NCBI GenBank assembly: GCA_030295235.1
Contig: AP026148.1
Location: forward strand, 372,001-436,000
Length of the DNA: 64,000 nt
Reading direction: 5' to 3'
Source of the DNA: Fistulifera solaris
Taxonomy: Eukaryota
The notes beneath the pieces are model-generated. The model was not told where the DNA came from. It saw only the letters and a list, made by a program, of their open reading frames with translations, and made no database searches. Shown here one piece after another: positions 34,650-46,083 of the stretch. Every line of letters starts with the position of its first letter. The first letter of the stretch is position 1. The position numbers and the translations under genes are program-made.

Positions 34650-36992
34650 ATGGTATCCGTGAAGCGACCCAATCCGTATTCGACTCCAAACAAACCGAAA
34701 CGGTCATCCTTCCTCACGATTCGAAATGTGCTCATTGTTTTGATTGTTTGGCAAGTCGTCAGCTTTTTGCTGAAATCGAAAGGAGACAGTCAGAATTTAC
34801 GATCCTCTGGTGGTTTACAAGATGCTTTGAAGGATTTTGAGAAAAAGGCCCTCCAAATGGAAAGCAACGTACAAGCGAGCATCCAAGATGAAATCCAGCA
34901 TTTGGTACACGACGACAACAAAAAGCCAATCAACATTGAAAAAGTACCAGAACATCTACCTCATGAGGAAATACACCGAAGTGACCATATCGAAACGGAA
35001 GAAAAAACCGAAATCATACATTACAAGGAAATGGGCATTCCGGAACCACTAAAAGTGGAACCCGTCGTACAGCAAATAGAAGTGAATGTCAATGCCAATA
35101 TGGAACATTCGACGACTGTTTTGACCAAACATGGAACTGGACCTACCAAGGTAGGCTTTGTTGCTGACTTTGAACACGATCGCCAGCATGCGGCGTTCCG
35201 TCAACATCCGTTACCGAAAAAGGGTCGACATATTCATAAAGTGGCCGAATTGCTCAACGAAGACGTCAATTCCATACACGATTGTGAATACATTGAGGAT
35301 CGCCGTTGGCGACAGCACAAAACATGCCGCGATCCGGATACCGAACTCGTCGTGTACAATCCAGCCGCGTTTCCCAAAATATTCTGCGGCCATCAAGTCA
35401 AGCCGTTGCAGGCCGTGAAATTGCCCGAACATTGTCACGAACCGATTCATTTGTCACCTGACGAAAAAGATCCGCCAATTCATGGTCCCGGAATGCATCC
35501 CGTGATTATTCAGACGACGTTCGGTACCAAAGTCCACGAAGATGTCCACAAAGTGAAACATTGTGATATTCCTTGTCAAATCGAAGGAGGTGCCTTTAAG
35601 GCACGCGAGTTGTTCATTGCGGGATCCGACTGGCGCATTTCTCGCATCTGGGACGATCCGTACATCAATCCGAATGCACGAGTGGAGCGGACGGACTATC
35701 GCCGAGACATTTTTTACTCGACCACATCGTTCGATTCCTCTATACCACTGACATTCTACGACTTTGCGAAATATAATTTACGCGAGTCTCCTATATTGGA
35801 GTTTGATAAGTTGAGCAACAAAGCAACTTATCTATTAGATGCCAAATGCAACGCTTCTCCCATTCGGCGTCAGAAGTGGTTCGCGGCTGTGGATGCGGTC
35901 ATGGAAACGGAAGCGTACGGGTCCTGTTATCACAACAAGGATTTAGAGGAGGGAGAAACTATCGAAACAATGGAAGGGCGAATAAAACTTTATCAGAAAA
36001 ACCGAATCGCTCTTGTATTTGAAACGGGTAGTGAGAAAGATCACATTACAGAAATGGTGTGGGAGTCGTTGATGTCGGGATCGGTCCCTGCTATTTTGGG
36101 TGCTAGCAATCTCGCAAAGCACTTACCACGAAACTCAGCAATTTTCGCTTCGGACTTCAATAGTTGGGACAAGTTTGCGAATTACACGAAATACGTTGCA
36201 TCAGACAAGAACTTGTGGGAATCGTATCAAGCATGGAAAAAGGACGAAAAAGAGCTGGCAGCATTTGAAGACCGCTATTCGTTCGCAAGGACCGATGAGA
36301 ACTGTAGAATGTGTCGTTGGGCATATTCAAAGCTGTATGGACTGGGCTGGAACCACGCCAAGCAAGAAGTAACTGCAACACATATCGAACGCAAACTATG
36401 CGTCGATGCAGAAACGAAACGGGTCGTTCATCCGTTCACGGAACATTGGACTGACGCATCGCCCATTCTGGACAAAAATGAAGAATGCCCGGGGTACGGG
36501 GTAGCTTCTGACGCTGAGATTAAATTGCCTGGTGCTACCATAAAGCGAACTGTGTATCATCACGATGGTGTGACAGATATGGTATTTCACGACATCGAAG
36601 GTGTCGACGATGATATTGTCTTGAGAATCGAAATAGCGGTGAAAAACCCCGAGGGCGCATTTTTTCGAGATACTCATACTTTGGTAAAAGGATCACATAC
36701 TCCGTTAGTCAGCAGTGCCACAATTCAAGATCGTTATTCAAAGGTAACAGTCCTCGCAAATTGGGAAACAACGATTATTAGCCCCAAAGAGGGCGTTGTT
36801 GAGATTCACTTTCCTTCTCACAAAGACGATGACGCTGATACTGAGCTGAGAAGAGTTCGTGTCGTGACAGAAGATCTTATTGAACTTTATGACAAGTTGA
36901 CAGAGTATTATCCATCTTCATTCACGAAAACAATGATACAGGATTTCATGGATCCGCTTGAGATGTACTACATAGGTATAGAAGATAAGTAA
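34650..36992 (+). CDS. Type II membrane glycosyltransferase, GT10 (alpha-1,3-fucosyltransferase-like)
   Basis: Short cytosolic N-terminus, TM helix and stem; GT10-like segment YGSC...LVFETGSEKDHITEMVWESLMSGSVPAILG; YQAWK; CRMC. Confidence 0.75.
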   Translation: MVSVKRPNPYSTPNKPKRSSFLTIRNVLIVLIVWQVVSFLLKSKGDSQNLRSSGGLQDALKDFEKKALQMESNVQASIQDEIQHLVHDDNKKPINIEKVPEHLPHEEIHRSDHIETEEKTEIIHYKEMGIPEPLKVEPVVQQIEVNVNANMEHSTTVLTKHGTGPTKVGFVADFEHDRQHAAFRQHPLPKKGRHIHKVAELLNEDVNSIHDCEYIEDRRWRQHKTCRDPDTELVVYNPAAFPKIFCGHQVKPLQAVKLPEHCHEPIHLSPDEKDPPIHGPGMHPVIIQTTFGTKVHEDVHKVKHCDIPCQIEGGAFKARELFIAGSDWRISRIWDDPYINPNARVERTDYRRDIFYSTTSFDSSIPLTFYDFAKYNLRESPILEFDKLSNKATYLLDAKCNASPIRRQKWFAAVDAVMETEAYGSCYHNKDLEEGETIETMEGRIKLYQKNRIALVFETGSEKDHITEMVWESLMSGSVPAILGASNLAKHLPRNSAIFASDFNSWDKFANYTKYVASDKNLWESYQAWKKDEKELAAFEDRYSFARTDENCRMCRWAYSKLYGLGWNHAKQEVTATHIERKLCVDAETKRVVHPFTEHWTDASPILDKNEECPGYGVASDAEIKLPGATIKRTVYHHDGVTDMVFHDIEGVDDDIVLRIEIAVKNPEGAFFRDTHTLVKGSHTPLVSSATIQDRYSKVTVLANWETTIISPKEGVVEIHFPSHKDDDADTELRRVRVVTEDLIELYDKLTEYYPSSFTKTMIQDFMDPLEMYYIGIEDK

Positions 36993-37079
36993 ACATTTAT
37001 TCAATTGGGGTTCTAAGAAGGCTTGTTTCGTTATGCATACTCGCGGTTCAAAGGAATGGTCCTAGGTTACATACATTTG

Positions 37080-39532
37080 CTATCGCCCCATTCTTAGCCA
37101 ACGACTCGTTTCCATTTTTACCGTATCCACTGAATTCGCCTGCATTGCAACAATAGACCGCGCACTAGTCTCGGGACCGCCTATTGTCCAGTCCAAAAGA
37201 TGAATATTATCAACAGGTATAAACGTAACAGCCGGAAAATTATTCAGTAAGGATCCCATGGCAAAGCTAAAGGCACTTCGAACCAAAGTGGAATCCATAT
37301 ACTTCGAAGAGTAATAGACGCGGATATTCATCATTCCTTCGACATCAAAAGAAATTCCTCTCTCAGATTTACGTTTCAACATCTCCAGCATTCGACCAAA
37401 AAGATTCGTCGCGTTGATGTCTAGGATTTCATCATCAATCATACTTGCTGTTACAATAGCGCTAGAAATAGCTCCCATGTCTGCTGTCCTACAAATCATC
37501 TTCACTTCTAGTCGAGGATCGGTTTGTGTCGACTTTTCAGGGACAAATAAGTATCCCGTATCCCAGCCAAGATCAGGATAGGCTTTGTTGACGGTACTGT
37601 CGCTTGGCGCCAAGGTACGTTTAAAAACATGATTCTCCAGATCAATTGTACTGGCATAACCACGACTTAACGCCATGACCTCCACTTCGGCAAGAGCACC
37701 GACAGGTAGCTCTGGAACTGATACGACTAATAATGGAAGAAATTTCGCTCCTGGACGATCATCTACAACTACACTCGAGGTATTCGTCATTTCTCTCATT
37801 GTTTCCTCGTCTTCATATCCATCATACGGATCAACTTCCTGGTGATTGTTATTGATAGAATCGATAGCCCCGGATAGAACCCCTCCGTTGCTTTGCAGCT
37901 GTTCCATACAAATGGATTCAAGCTGGATCAGAGTATCTGGATCACTCAGCTGAATTGCTTTTGATGAGCAATACACGAGTCCAGACATCAAATGATCTAG
38001 TGATGTGGCGTCCAGAGCATCCAGAACACGCGCCAGATTTTTCCAAGCCTGTTTCAGTTGCAAGGACCACGATTCGGATACGAGGGTCATCGTCGCTGGT
38101 ACCAGTCCAATCTGACCTGCAACAAAGTGCAACACGCTGCGAATTGTATTCACCTGACTGTAGGGTCCAACACAAACGGGTGCCCAATGAGACCTCGATT
38201 GTACATGAAGAACCTCACGCAACTTGGAAGTCTTATTCGTCAAAGCCGCAACAACTGCACGATCCAAATTTGCGGCGTCGTCCAATTGAGACGGATCAAT
38301 TCGCAAAGAGGCACCACTAGCATGTTGGACCACACAATCCATACTCACTCTCCGCCCCCCGGGTAGAACGCCAACCGCTACACACGATCGAGAGGGTGGC
38401 AACATAGTCCCAAAAACTCTTGATAATGCTGATTGATTAGAACAAAATGTGACATGCGCGACAGGTACAAATGCACCATGACCACATCTTGGGCCGTGCA
38501 ACCGTGTTTGTGCAACACACGTTTGAGCAAAGAAAATATTTCCAGCATTTCATAGACGGCTTGATTGGCTTCAAATTCTTCTACCTGTTGTAAAGTCGCG
38601 TCGAGTACACCCGGAGATGGGCTCATGATTTCCGACACATGCCATAGTCCACCGTTGGAAATACAAACATGAGGCAAAAAGCCGAGATGCAAAGGCGCTG
38701 TGCTTCGATGAAGCGAAGGCACCGGATGGAGAGTCGAAATGGGTGTGACCTTTGGCTGGGTATACACAAAAGATCGCCCGCCGTTCTTATCTTCCGCATG
38801 ACAAGCGCGGATGAGAAGTTCACCCGTTCCATCCTCGGCCGCACGGATTTCGACGTCATCCAGAACGAGCTTTTTATGATATAAAGGACAATCCAGCACC
38901 AAACTTTCGTATTCTCCTCCTTCACCACAAACATGCATCTGATATTGCTGATGGAGTTTCCAAAACAGAGGTTGCAACTCATGCAATGTCTTATTGAGGT
39001 GACGATGGGGTACTAAACCCGGTGGAGCCGCGACACGGACTAGTACAGCATGAATTTGATCGTCTTGGATCATACGTAGCATTATTTGTTTTTGATCGGC
39101 CAGTCGCCAAAGAAACGACAATGACTGCAAACCCAGTCTTCCGCATACAACATGCTCAATGCGAACACGTTGATAAGTAGATAAAATAGCACCCGAACAC
39201 ACGGCGGATACTGTCGGAAACCGCTCGACCGCCATTTGTAAAGCATGATACAAATCTTCGACTTCATCCGATGCATCTTGCTGTGAATAGGTCAAACTAG
39301 TATGAACACTTCTTCCTTGACGAGGATACAAGATCAGAGGAACTTGCAAGCATTCTTCCACTAGTACTTGGAGGGCTTCCGAGGCGGCAGTTTGGTACAT
39401 GTACGACTCTTCTTCGACCGCTGTGGGTCGTCCCAGATGTACACACGCCACCAACTGATGGCCCAATCGACAAGCCTCCAGAATGGAGTAGATCGAGTCT
39501 TTGCCACCGGAAACAAGTGCTACAAAGTCCAT
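37080..39532 (-). CDS. DPH6: Diphthine-ammonia ligase Dph6 with C-terminal RidA/YjgF-like domains; T-run frameshift near 38414
   Basis: PP-loop LVSGGKDS, SYMYQT, GAILSTYQRVRIE, CGEGGEYES; C-terminal PPSRSCV, LHVQSRSHWAPVCVGPYSQ, AGQIGL, LPVGALAEVE. Confidence 0.92.
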
Positions 39533-40081
39533 CTTGCAGCGTGTTTGTCTATGTTCAGGCAGGAACAAGTCATGAAAATGCGTCGAGAGCAAAGTAGACA
39601 TCGATCCTTTTCGAAAGAAAAATAATAATGAGGAAATTATGCATTATATTCGGCGAGATGATCGTCGTGGATTTTCCGTCACAACGGTCATCTGACAGAC
39701 GAAACGGTACTACTTAAATCGCCGTAAAAAAATAATACGGTGGCTCGATCCGCTAAGGTAGAAGAGAGAAATAATGAAATCATCACCGACTTATTTTTTC
39801 ATTAAGTTCGTTCGCACAGAATGAACAAACTCACTTATTGAGCAAGACGGACATATTCCTCACCAAACCAATGCAACTAGTATACTATTAAACAGTTTTG
39901 GTGAGAGACGACAGAGAATTCTCATTTCGTAAATAAGCCATTGCGATATAATGCATTCGAGATCTACGCTATTTTAAACGCGTGCGTGCTGAGATCACCA
40001 TCGCCACCAATTAAACGAAGGAACGATCTATTGCATCCATCAACGAACGTTAGTTAAGTCGGCATCATTTTAAAACGTTTC

Positions 40082-40675
40082 TTAAAGATTCAATGAAACA
40101 TAACTGGGATCTTGACGACGCTCCAAGCTGCGACTGAAAATGGCGGCGACGGGTGTATTGCGCTGTTGTTGTAAACGACGCAACTCTACCAACTTTTCGT
40201 GTGGAAGAGTGGATCCTACTGCCGCCGTGGCATTCGTCACAACATTGAGCAAAAAGAACGCCAAGATGGGCGAAAAGTCCAAACCAAAGATGGGAGGGAC
40301 GACGCCGCGAAAGAGATTTAGGAATGGATCTGTAATGGCGTAGACTGGTTGCAACGCCGCCACGCCTTGGGCCTGTGGGAACCAGGAAAGCAGAATGCGT
40401 GCCGTAATAATCAGATTGTAGATGCTGAGAAAATTGGAGAATCCTCCGACAAAGACTTGTTCGGCAATGCCGTTTCCGGGAATGGCCATGGCCGTGACGG
40501 CAGACGCACGGTTCTTTCGCAGCAAGCAACGTAAATCGGTGCGAGTTTCGACAAAGGAGCGGGAGCCGCGGAATGTCGTGGACGTCGAGGTGTGAGGTAA
40601 AAAGACCGAAGCTTGCACCGTCATGGCCAATAGACAGCAGCAGCTCAATATCAATTGTGCCGTAAGGAATTTCAT
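40082..40675 (-). CDS. YGGT/YlmG (Ycf19-like) plastid membrane protein
   Basis: Signal peptide plus ASVF transit-like start; YNLIITARILLSWFP, ITDPFLNLFRGVVPPIFGLDFSPILAF. Confidence 0.9.
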   Translation of the reverse strand: MKFLTAQLILSCCCLLAMTVQASVFLPHTSTSTTFRGSRSFVETRTDLRCLLRKNRASAVTAMAIPGNGIAEQVFVGGFSNFLSIYNLIITARILLSWFPQAQGVAALQPVYAITDPFLNLFRGVVPPIFGLDFSPILAFFLLNVVTNATAAVGSTLPHEKLVELRRLQQQRNTPVAAIFSRSLERRQDPSYVSLNL

Positions 40676-41073
40676 GATGCAAATACAAAGTAGAGTAATA
40701 AGTAATTTGTTTATTGGTAAGCCAGTAACCTTGTGACGGTCTTGAGATTGTGTTTTTTCAGTCAGAGACAAGAGACCACGATGAAAAGAGAGAACCGACA
40801 ATGCATCCGATCGCTGACGTCCGCGGTCAAAACGAGGACGAAAAAAATAACATTCGTATGCGGCACTCGTTCGTCTGTGACTCCGTGCGTTTGTGACGTG
40901 TCAATAGTCAATTCCCTGACGACTGACTCGTGAAACCCGATAACCATGACTCGAAACGTTGTTGTCGTTCTTTTTTTGCCGGCAAAAAAAAAAAAGAAAA
41001 AACAACGACAACATTTTCTGCAAACCCTACAACTTCTTCTTCTTTGTTGTTGTTTACAACAGCTCGTGCGGCG

Positions 41074-42740
41074 ATGACACTGCAGTTGACACATGTTCTC
41101 GAGAATACCTGTCAACATCAACCGGAAGCTATCTGTGCGACGTTCGGAGACGAATCGTTATCATTGACGTATCGACAAGCTTGCCGCTCTCTGGCCGAGC
41201 ACAAAGTGTGGCTAAAGCAAGAAATACTGACCGGAAACGACGTAGCGATTGCCTATCTTGCAAACAACTCGATTGACTTGATTTTGTCGGTATTGGCTTC
41301 TTCCATCGTGGAATTTCCTTGCTTGTTGTTGAATACGCGATGGAGTGCATCAGACATCGGGACGGCGGTGAGTTCTCCCAACACCTCCGCTGTCACATTT
41401 CTCCTTTATGGAACCGAATTCCGGGAACGCATACCAGAAATTGAGAAGTACATGAATCATACTCTCGTATCGCTTCCGATTCCGACGTTTGCGCTCCAGC
41501 GCATGGAGTCTTCAACTTCGAACGCAATCCAGCGACAAAGGAAACAGCCACCAATAGTAGAGCAACGTGCTCTCTATTCGAAGTATTCACGAAAAGATGC
41601 AGTCATCGTCTTTACTTCCGGAACGAGTAAAGGACGTGCCAAAGGAGTGAGATTGAGCCATCAAGCCATTGCTATTCAATGTTGGGCTAAGTGTCAACTT
41701 CCCTGTGGATATTCACAAAACACCAAAATGCTGGCGTCTACGGTTCCATTCTTTCACATTGGCGGTATTTCTAGTTTACTAGCGGTTTGGATGGCGGGAG
41801 GTCACGTAGTACTACCCCGCCAAGTTGGATTTGATCCGGAAAGCGTTTGGAAATTCATTACACCATCGATGAATGACCCTACTGTCGCGAGAGCGAATAC
41901 GCTGGTGGTCGTACCCGCAATGCTATTTATGATGCAACAACATAAAACCAGCATAACTCCGAATCATGCCGTTCAACTAATTTTGGTCGGTGGACAATCA
42001 ATCACAGAATCACAAAAATCCTTTCTTCATGCTGCGTTCCCAGTGGCGCGTGTGGTGCAGACCTACGCTTGCACCGAGGCCGCGTCTTCGCTGACATTCC
42101 ATTCCGTCAACTACGATCCATTTCCGGCCAAAACCAATGCACAACAATTGAGCGGTGATTGCGTTGGATCCCCTCCGGAACACGTTGATATTTGTCTCGT
42201 GGACAAAGACTTGTGGATCGAGAAAAATAAAATTAGCATTATCAAGTGTCCGTTTTCCATGGGCATCATTGCCACGAGAGGTCCTCATGTCATGAATGGA
42301 TACTGGAGGCGGGGAGTGGAGGAGCAGAAAGACCGAAATCCTGATCAGTACTTTGTGACGAACGATTTGGCTTATTGGGACAAGAATGGACAACTGTTTT
42401 TGCGGGACGCGTCAATGACTCTATTCGCACGGGCGGGGAAACAGTATTGTCCAGCGAAGTAGAGCGTGTACTTCAACTTCATCCTTTGATTGATGAATGC
42501 GCCGTCTTTCCCGTTCCTGACCCGAAATTTGGAGAAGCCGTGGCGTGTGCTATCGTACAAAGTCACGGTGGCGTAACGCTGCAGAAGATTCGTGAGTGGT
42601 GCCAAGAAAATGGTCTATCAGACTACAAGCACCCTCGCCATATTATGATGATGAAACAACTACCAAAAAATTCATCTGGAAAAACGCTCAAGTATCTTCT
42701 AATTGAGCAATTTAGTTCTAAGCCACGAAGCAAACTGTAG
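41074..42740 (+). CDS. menE: AMP-binding acyl-CoA ligase, o-succinylbenzoate-CoA ligase (MenE/AAE14-like) with PTS1; T-run frameshift near 42398
   Basis: FTSGTSKGRAKGVRLSH, FFHIGGISS, YACTEAASSLTF, TNDL, restored FAGRVNDSIRTGGE, LPKNSSGK; ends in SKL. Confidence 0.78.
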
Positions 42741-42836
42741 CACTGTTGCGCGCTTCTTTTCTTCATTTACGAAGGATGTACAGAGCAACTGCGAATAGGA
42801 GGATCTCGGACGGTTAGCAGCAAGGAAGCAACCAGT

Positions 42837-44048
42837 TTATAGTTTGCTTCTTCTTTGTGACCCCAGCGTTTCCAGTTCTTGATCTACAGGTCGAAAAAAC
42901 GATTCCACATACTCTGCTGTGACATCTTCGAGTGTGGCCGGGTCCCACGAAGGGCTTCTATCCTTATCTACAACGGCAGCTCGCACGCCTTCGTAAAAAT
43001 CCGATCTACGGCTTCCTGTTGCGCGCAAGCATCCTTGCGTCATCCGAAATTCCATTCGTAACGCATCGCCGATGTTGGTCGCCGCCGCACCACGTTCAAG
43101 ACCCAGAAACGTTATTTTCAGACTTGTGGGCGACATTTTACTCATAATCGAACGAGTTTTCCCGGCAAAGGAATCTGGATCCGATCCCGAAAGTGCTGTC
43201 ATAATATCTTCGACACTCTTTGGGGTGCCGAAATATTTGTCAATATCCTTTCTATCTTGAGCTAGGGAGCATTCGTCGGGCCTAGGATGGGTTATTTCGT
43301 GAAAAGCGTCGAGTACGGAGTCGAAGGGATTTGCAGAGTCACTTGTACTCGCTGTGACTAACTCTTGCTCGAGCTGACCCAGTTTCTCTGACGACACGTA
43401 GTGCGTCGCCAAACCGGTGTAGATCAAATCTGCGGGCATGAGACGTCGTCCAGTTAGTGCTATGTAACGAGCCAGTGGCAGCGACAGCATGCGCGGCATC
43501 CAAAACATCGATCCGATGTCGGGGAACAAGCCGATGCTTGTCTCTGGCATGGCAAACACCGTTCTCTCTGTTGCAATTCTGTACTTTCCGTAGATTGAAA
43601 TACCCACGCCTCCTCCCATGACGATGCCATCCCAGAACGAAATGACCACAGGATTTTTTCTGTGTATCGGAATACCGTTGTCCTGATAAGAAGCCATAGA
43701 AGACGTTGTTAACGCTGCTAGGTAATCGTTCAGTAGGTATATTTGACGAAAAAATTCAGAAGCATGTGGCGGTGGCTTGCCTCGTCCGCAATGTGTTTCT
43801 GCTACATCCTCTTCATACAAACGCTTCAGATCTCCACCAGCACAGAATGCAGGAATCATACCATTCTCTTTAATCGACTTTATTAATATTCCGGAAGGAC
43901 AATTGTCTTGCTGAATCCATTCCTCTAGGGCGTCGCGTATGCAATTTATCATGTCGAGGGACACGGCATTCAGTGTCTTCGAATTATTAAGCAGAAGCAC
44001 GCCCAAGTTTGCCGATCGCGAAGGCAATAGGTGCGGCGTGAGTCGCAT
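42837..44048 (-). CDS. HIBCH: 3-hydroxyisobutyryl-CoA hydrolase-like crotonase (copy A, ends SKL)
   Basis: AFCAGGD, WDGIVMGGGVGIS, FAMPETSIGLFPDIG, DFYEGVRA, DKDRSPSW; C-terminal RRSKL. Confidence 0.88.
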   Translation of the reverse strand: MRLTPHLLPSRSANLGVLLLNNSKTLNAVSLDMINCIRDALEEWIQQDNCPSGILIKSIKENGMIPAFCAGGDLKRLYEEDVAETHCGRGKPPPHASEFFRQIYLLNDYLAALTTSSMASYQDNGIPIHRKNPVVISFWDGIVMGGGVGISIYGKYRIATERTVFAMPETSIGLFPDIGSMFWMPRMLSLPLARYIALTGRRLMPADLIYTGLATHYVSSEKLGQLEQELVTASTSDSANPFDSVLDAFHEITHPRPDECSLAQDRKDIDKYFGTPKSVEDIMTALSGSDPDSFAGKTRSIMSKMSPTSLKITFLGLERGAAATNIGDALRMEFRMTQGCLRATGSRRSDFYEGVRAAVVDKDRSPSWDPATLEDVTAEYVESFFRPVDQELETLGSQRRSKL

Positions 44049-44415
44049 CTCTTTATGAATATACAGGAAACGAATTTTAATTGAAGATCATCAATTAGAT
44101 TGGCATTTCAAAATGCAGGCATGTGACTTGAGCGAAAACGAGCTAATTTTTGTTAAAGCTGGGACGAAGAAAAGGAGAACAAACTCGTGTCTCCGTCTTG
44201 TAGTACTCTAACACGTTTTGTATTACTGGTTGAGTGAAGAACACATCGGCTTTCTCCGTCGCTGTAGACGTTGGATGCTCTCTAGAGGGTGAAGTTTGAT
44301 CCACAAGCTCTGTTATGCTGAGACTTTTACTGAAATGATAGCGACAGGACAAGCTAAATAGCCACCGATACCGTTTATTAAGTGGCGCAAAAATTCATTC
44401 CATGCAGCACGTGAT

Positions 44416-45663
44416 TCAGTAAGGATACGGATTGACAATTCTCCTCGCCGCCATCACCTTATGTTGTTCTTCCATTCCAGGAAACTCCAGTTCGTGCTCT
44501 ATAGGTTCAAAAAAGGATTCCACATACTCTGCTGTGACATCTTCGAGTGTGGCCGGATTCCAAGAAGGATTTCTATCTTTGTCGACAAGGGCAGCTCGGA
44601 CACCCTCATAAAAATCCGATCTACGGCTTCCTGTTGCGCGCAAGCATCCTTGAGCCATGCGATATTCCATTCGTAGGGCGTCGCTCATGCTGGTCGCCGC
44701 CGCACCACGTTCAAGACCCAGAAACGTTATTTTCAGACTTGTGGGCGACATTTTACTCATAATCGAACGAGTTTTCCCGGCAAAGGAATCTGGATCCGAT
44801 CCCGAAAGTGCTGTCATAATATCTTCGACACTCTTTGGGGTGCCGAAATATTTGTCAATATCCTTTCTATCTTGAGCTAGGGAGCATTCGTCGGGCCTAG
44901 GATGGGTTATTTCGTGAAAAGCGTCGAGTACGGAGTCGAAGGGATTTGCAGAGTCACTTGTACTCGCTGTGACTAACTCTTGCTCGAGCTGACCCAGTTT
45001 CTCTGACGACACGTAGTGCGTCGCCAAACCGGTGTAGATCAAATCTGCGGGCATGAGACGTCGTCCAGTTAGTGCTATGTAACGAGCCAGTGGCAGCGAC
45101 AACATGCGCGGCATCCAAAAGGTGGACCCTATGTCGGGGAACAAACCGATGCTTGTCTCTGGCATGGCAAACACCGTTCTCTCTGTTGCTATTCTGTACT
45201 TTCCATAGATGGAAATACCCACACCTCCTCCCATGACGATGCCATCCCAGAAAGAAAGCACAGTGGGATTTTTGGAATACCTCGGAAAAGGGTTGTCGTG
45301 ATAAGATGCCAACGCGGACGTTGTGAAAGAAGCAAGAAAGTTGTTCAGAAGATATTCTTGTCGAAAAAATTCAGAAGAATGGAGCCCTGGTTTTCCTTGA
45401 CCGACACCTTCCTCCGTCAAACCGGTCTGATAGAGATGTTTGATGTCGCCGCCAGCACAGAATGCAGGAGCTTTATTCTCGTCCTTTGATGATTTTATGA
45501 GAACTCCCGAGGGGCAGTCTTCTTGCTTCACCCATTCATTCAATACATCTTGCATACACTGGATCATCTCAAGAGATACGGCGTTCAGAGCCTTCGGATT
45601 GTTGAGCAGCAGGACCCCGAGGTTGGAGGATCGAGATGGCAATAAGTGAGGAGTGAAACGCAT
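44416..45663 (-). CDS. HIBCH: 3-hydroxyisobutyryl-CoA hydrolase-like crotonase (copy B)
   Basis: Same motifs as copy A (LNNPKALNA, FFRQEY, PETSIGLFPDIG); tandem paralogue with a different C-terminus. Confidence 0.88.
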   Translation of the reverse strand: MRFTPHLLPSRSSNLGVLLLNNPKALNAVSLEMIQCMQDVLNEWVKQEDCPSGVLIKSSKDENKAPAFCAGGDIKHLYQTGLTEEGVGQGKPGLHSSEFFRQEYLLNNFLASFTTSALASYHDNPFPRYSKNPTVLSFWDGIVMGGGVGISIYGKYRIATERTVFAMPETSIGLFPDIGSTFWMPRMLSLPLARYIALTGRRLMPADLIYTGLATHYVSSEKLGQLEQELVTASTSDSANPFDSVLDAFHEITHPRPDECSLAQDRKDIDKYFGTPKSVEDIMTALSGSDPDSFAGKTRSIMSKMSPTSLKITFLGLERGAAATSMSDALRMEYRMAQGCLRATGSRRSDFYEGVRAALVDKDRNPSWNPATLEDVTAEYVESFFEPIEHELEFPGMEEQHKVMAARRIVNPYPY

Positions 45664-46083
45664 GATTCCTCAAAACTTAAATATCAATAGAATTATCGAT
45701 AATTTTAGTAACTGAATTGAATCATGAATGATTCATTATTATTATAAACTATTGAATAGGATAGCAACGAACGAATTTATTAGGATGGCATGAAGTCATT
45801 TCTATTTTTCGATCTTTGTCGAAGTTGCAAATCGTAACTTCGCACTGGTACTTTCACACTAGTATATACTGTACCCCTACCGTCGTTTGGCGTCTGGCCT
45901 TCACGCCTAGTCTTCGCGATCGCCGAACTCAACGCCGCGCCAAAACGTTGCGCCAAACACATGCTGTCGTCGTCCGTCGACGCGTCCATCCTACTTCCAC
46001 CACCTTTTTTTTCATCTTGTTTCTCAATTCAACGGCGTTTGACGGAATAACAACAATAGGAAACAAACGACCGAATCTTTTGT

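Noticed and set aside
39627..39696. Possible C/D snoRNA (ATGAGGA...CTGA)
   Set aside because: Imperfect C box, no terminal stem and no rRNA complementarity that I could identify; lies in the Dph6 promoter.
42837..45663. MenB (DHNA-CoA synthase) next to MenE
   Set aside because: The motifs (MGGGVG, AMPE..IGLFPD, DFYEGVRA) are those of HIBCH, not MenB.
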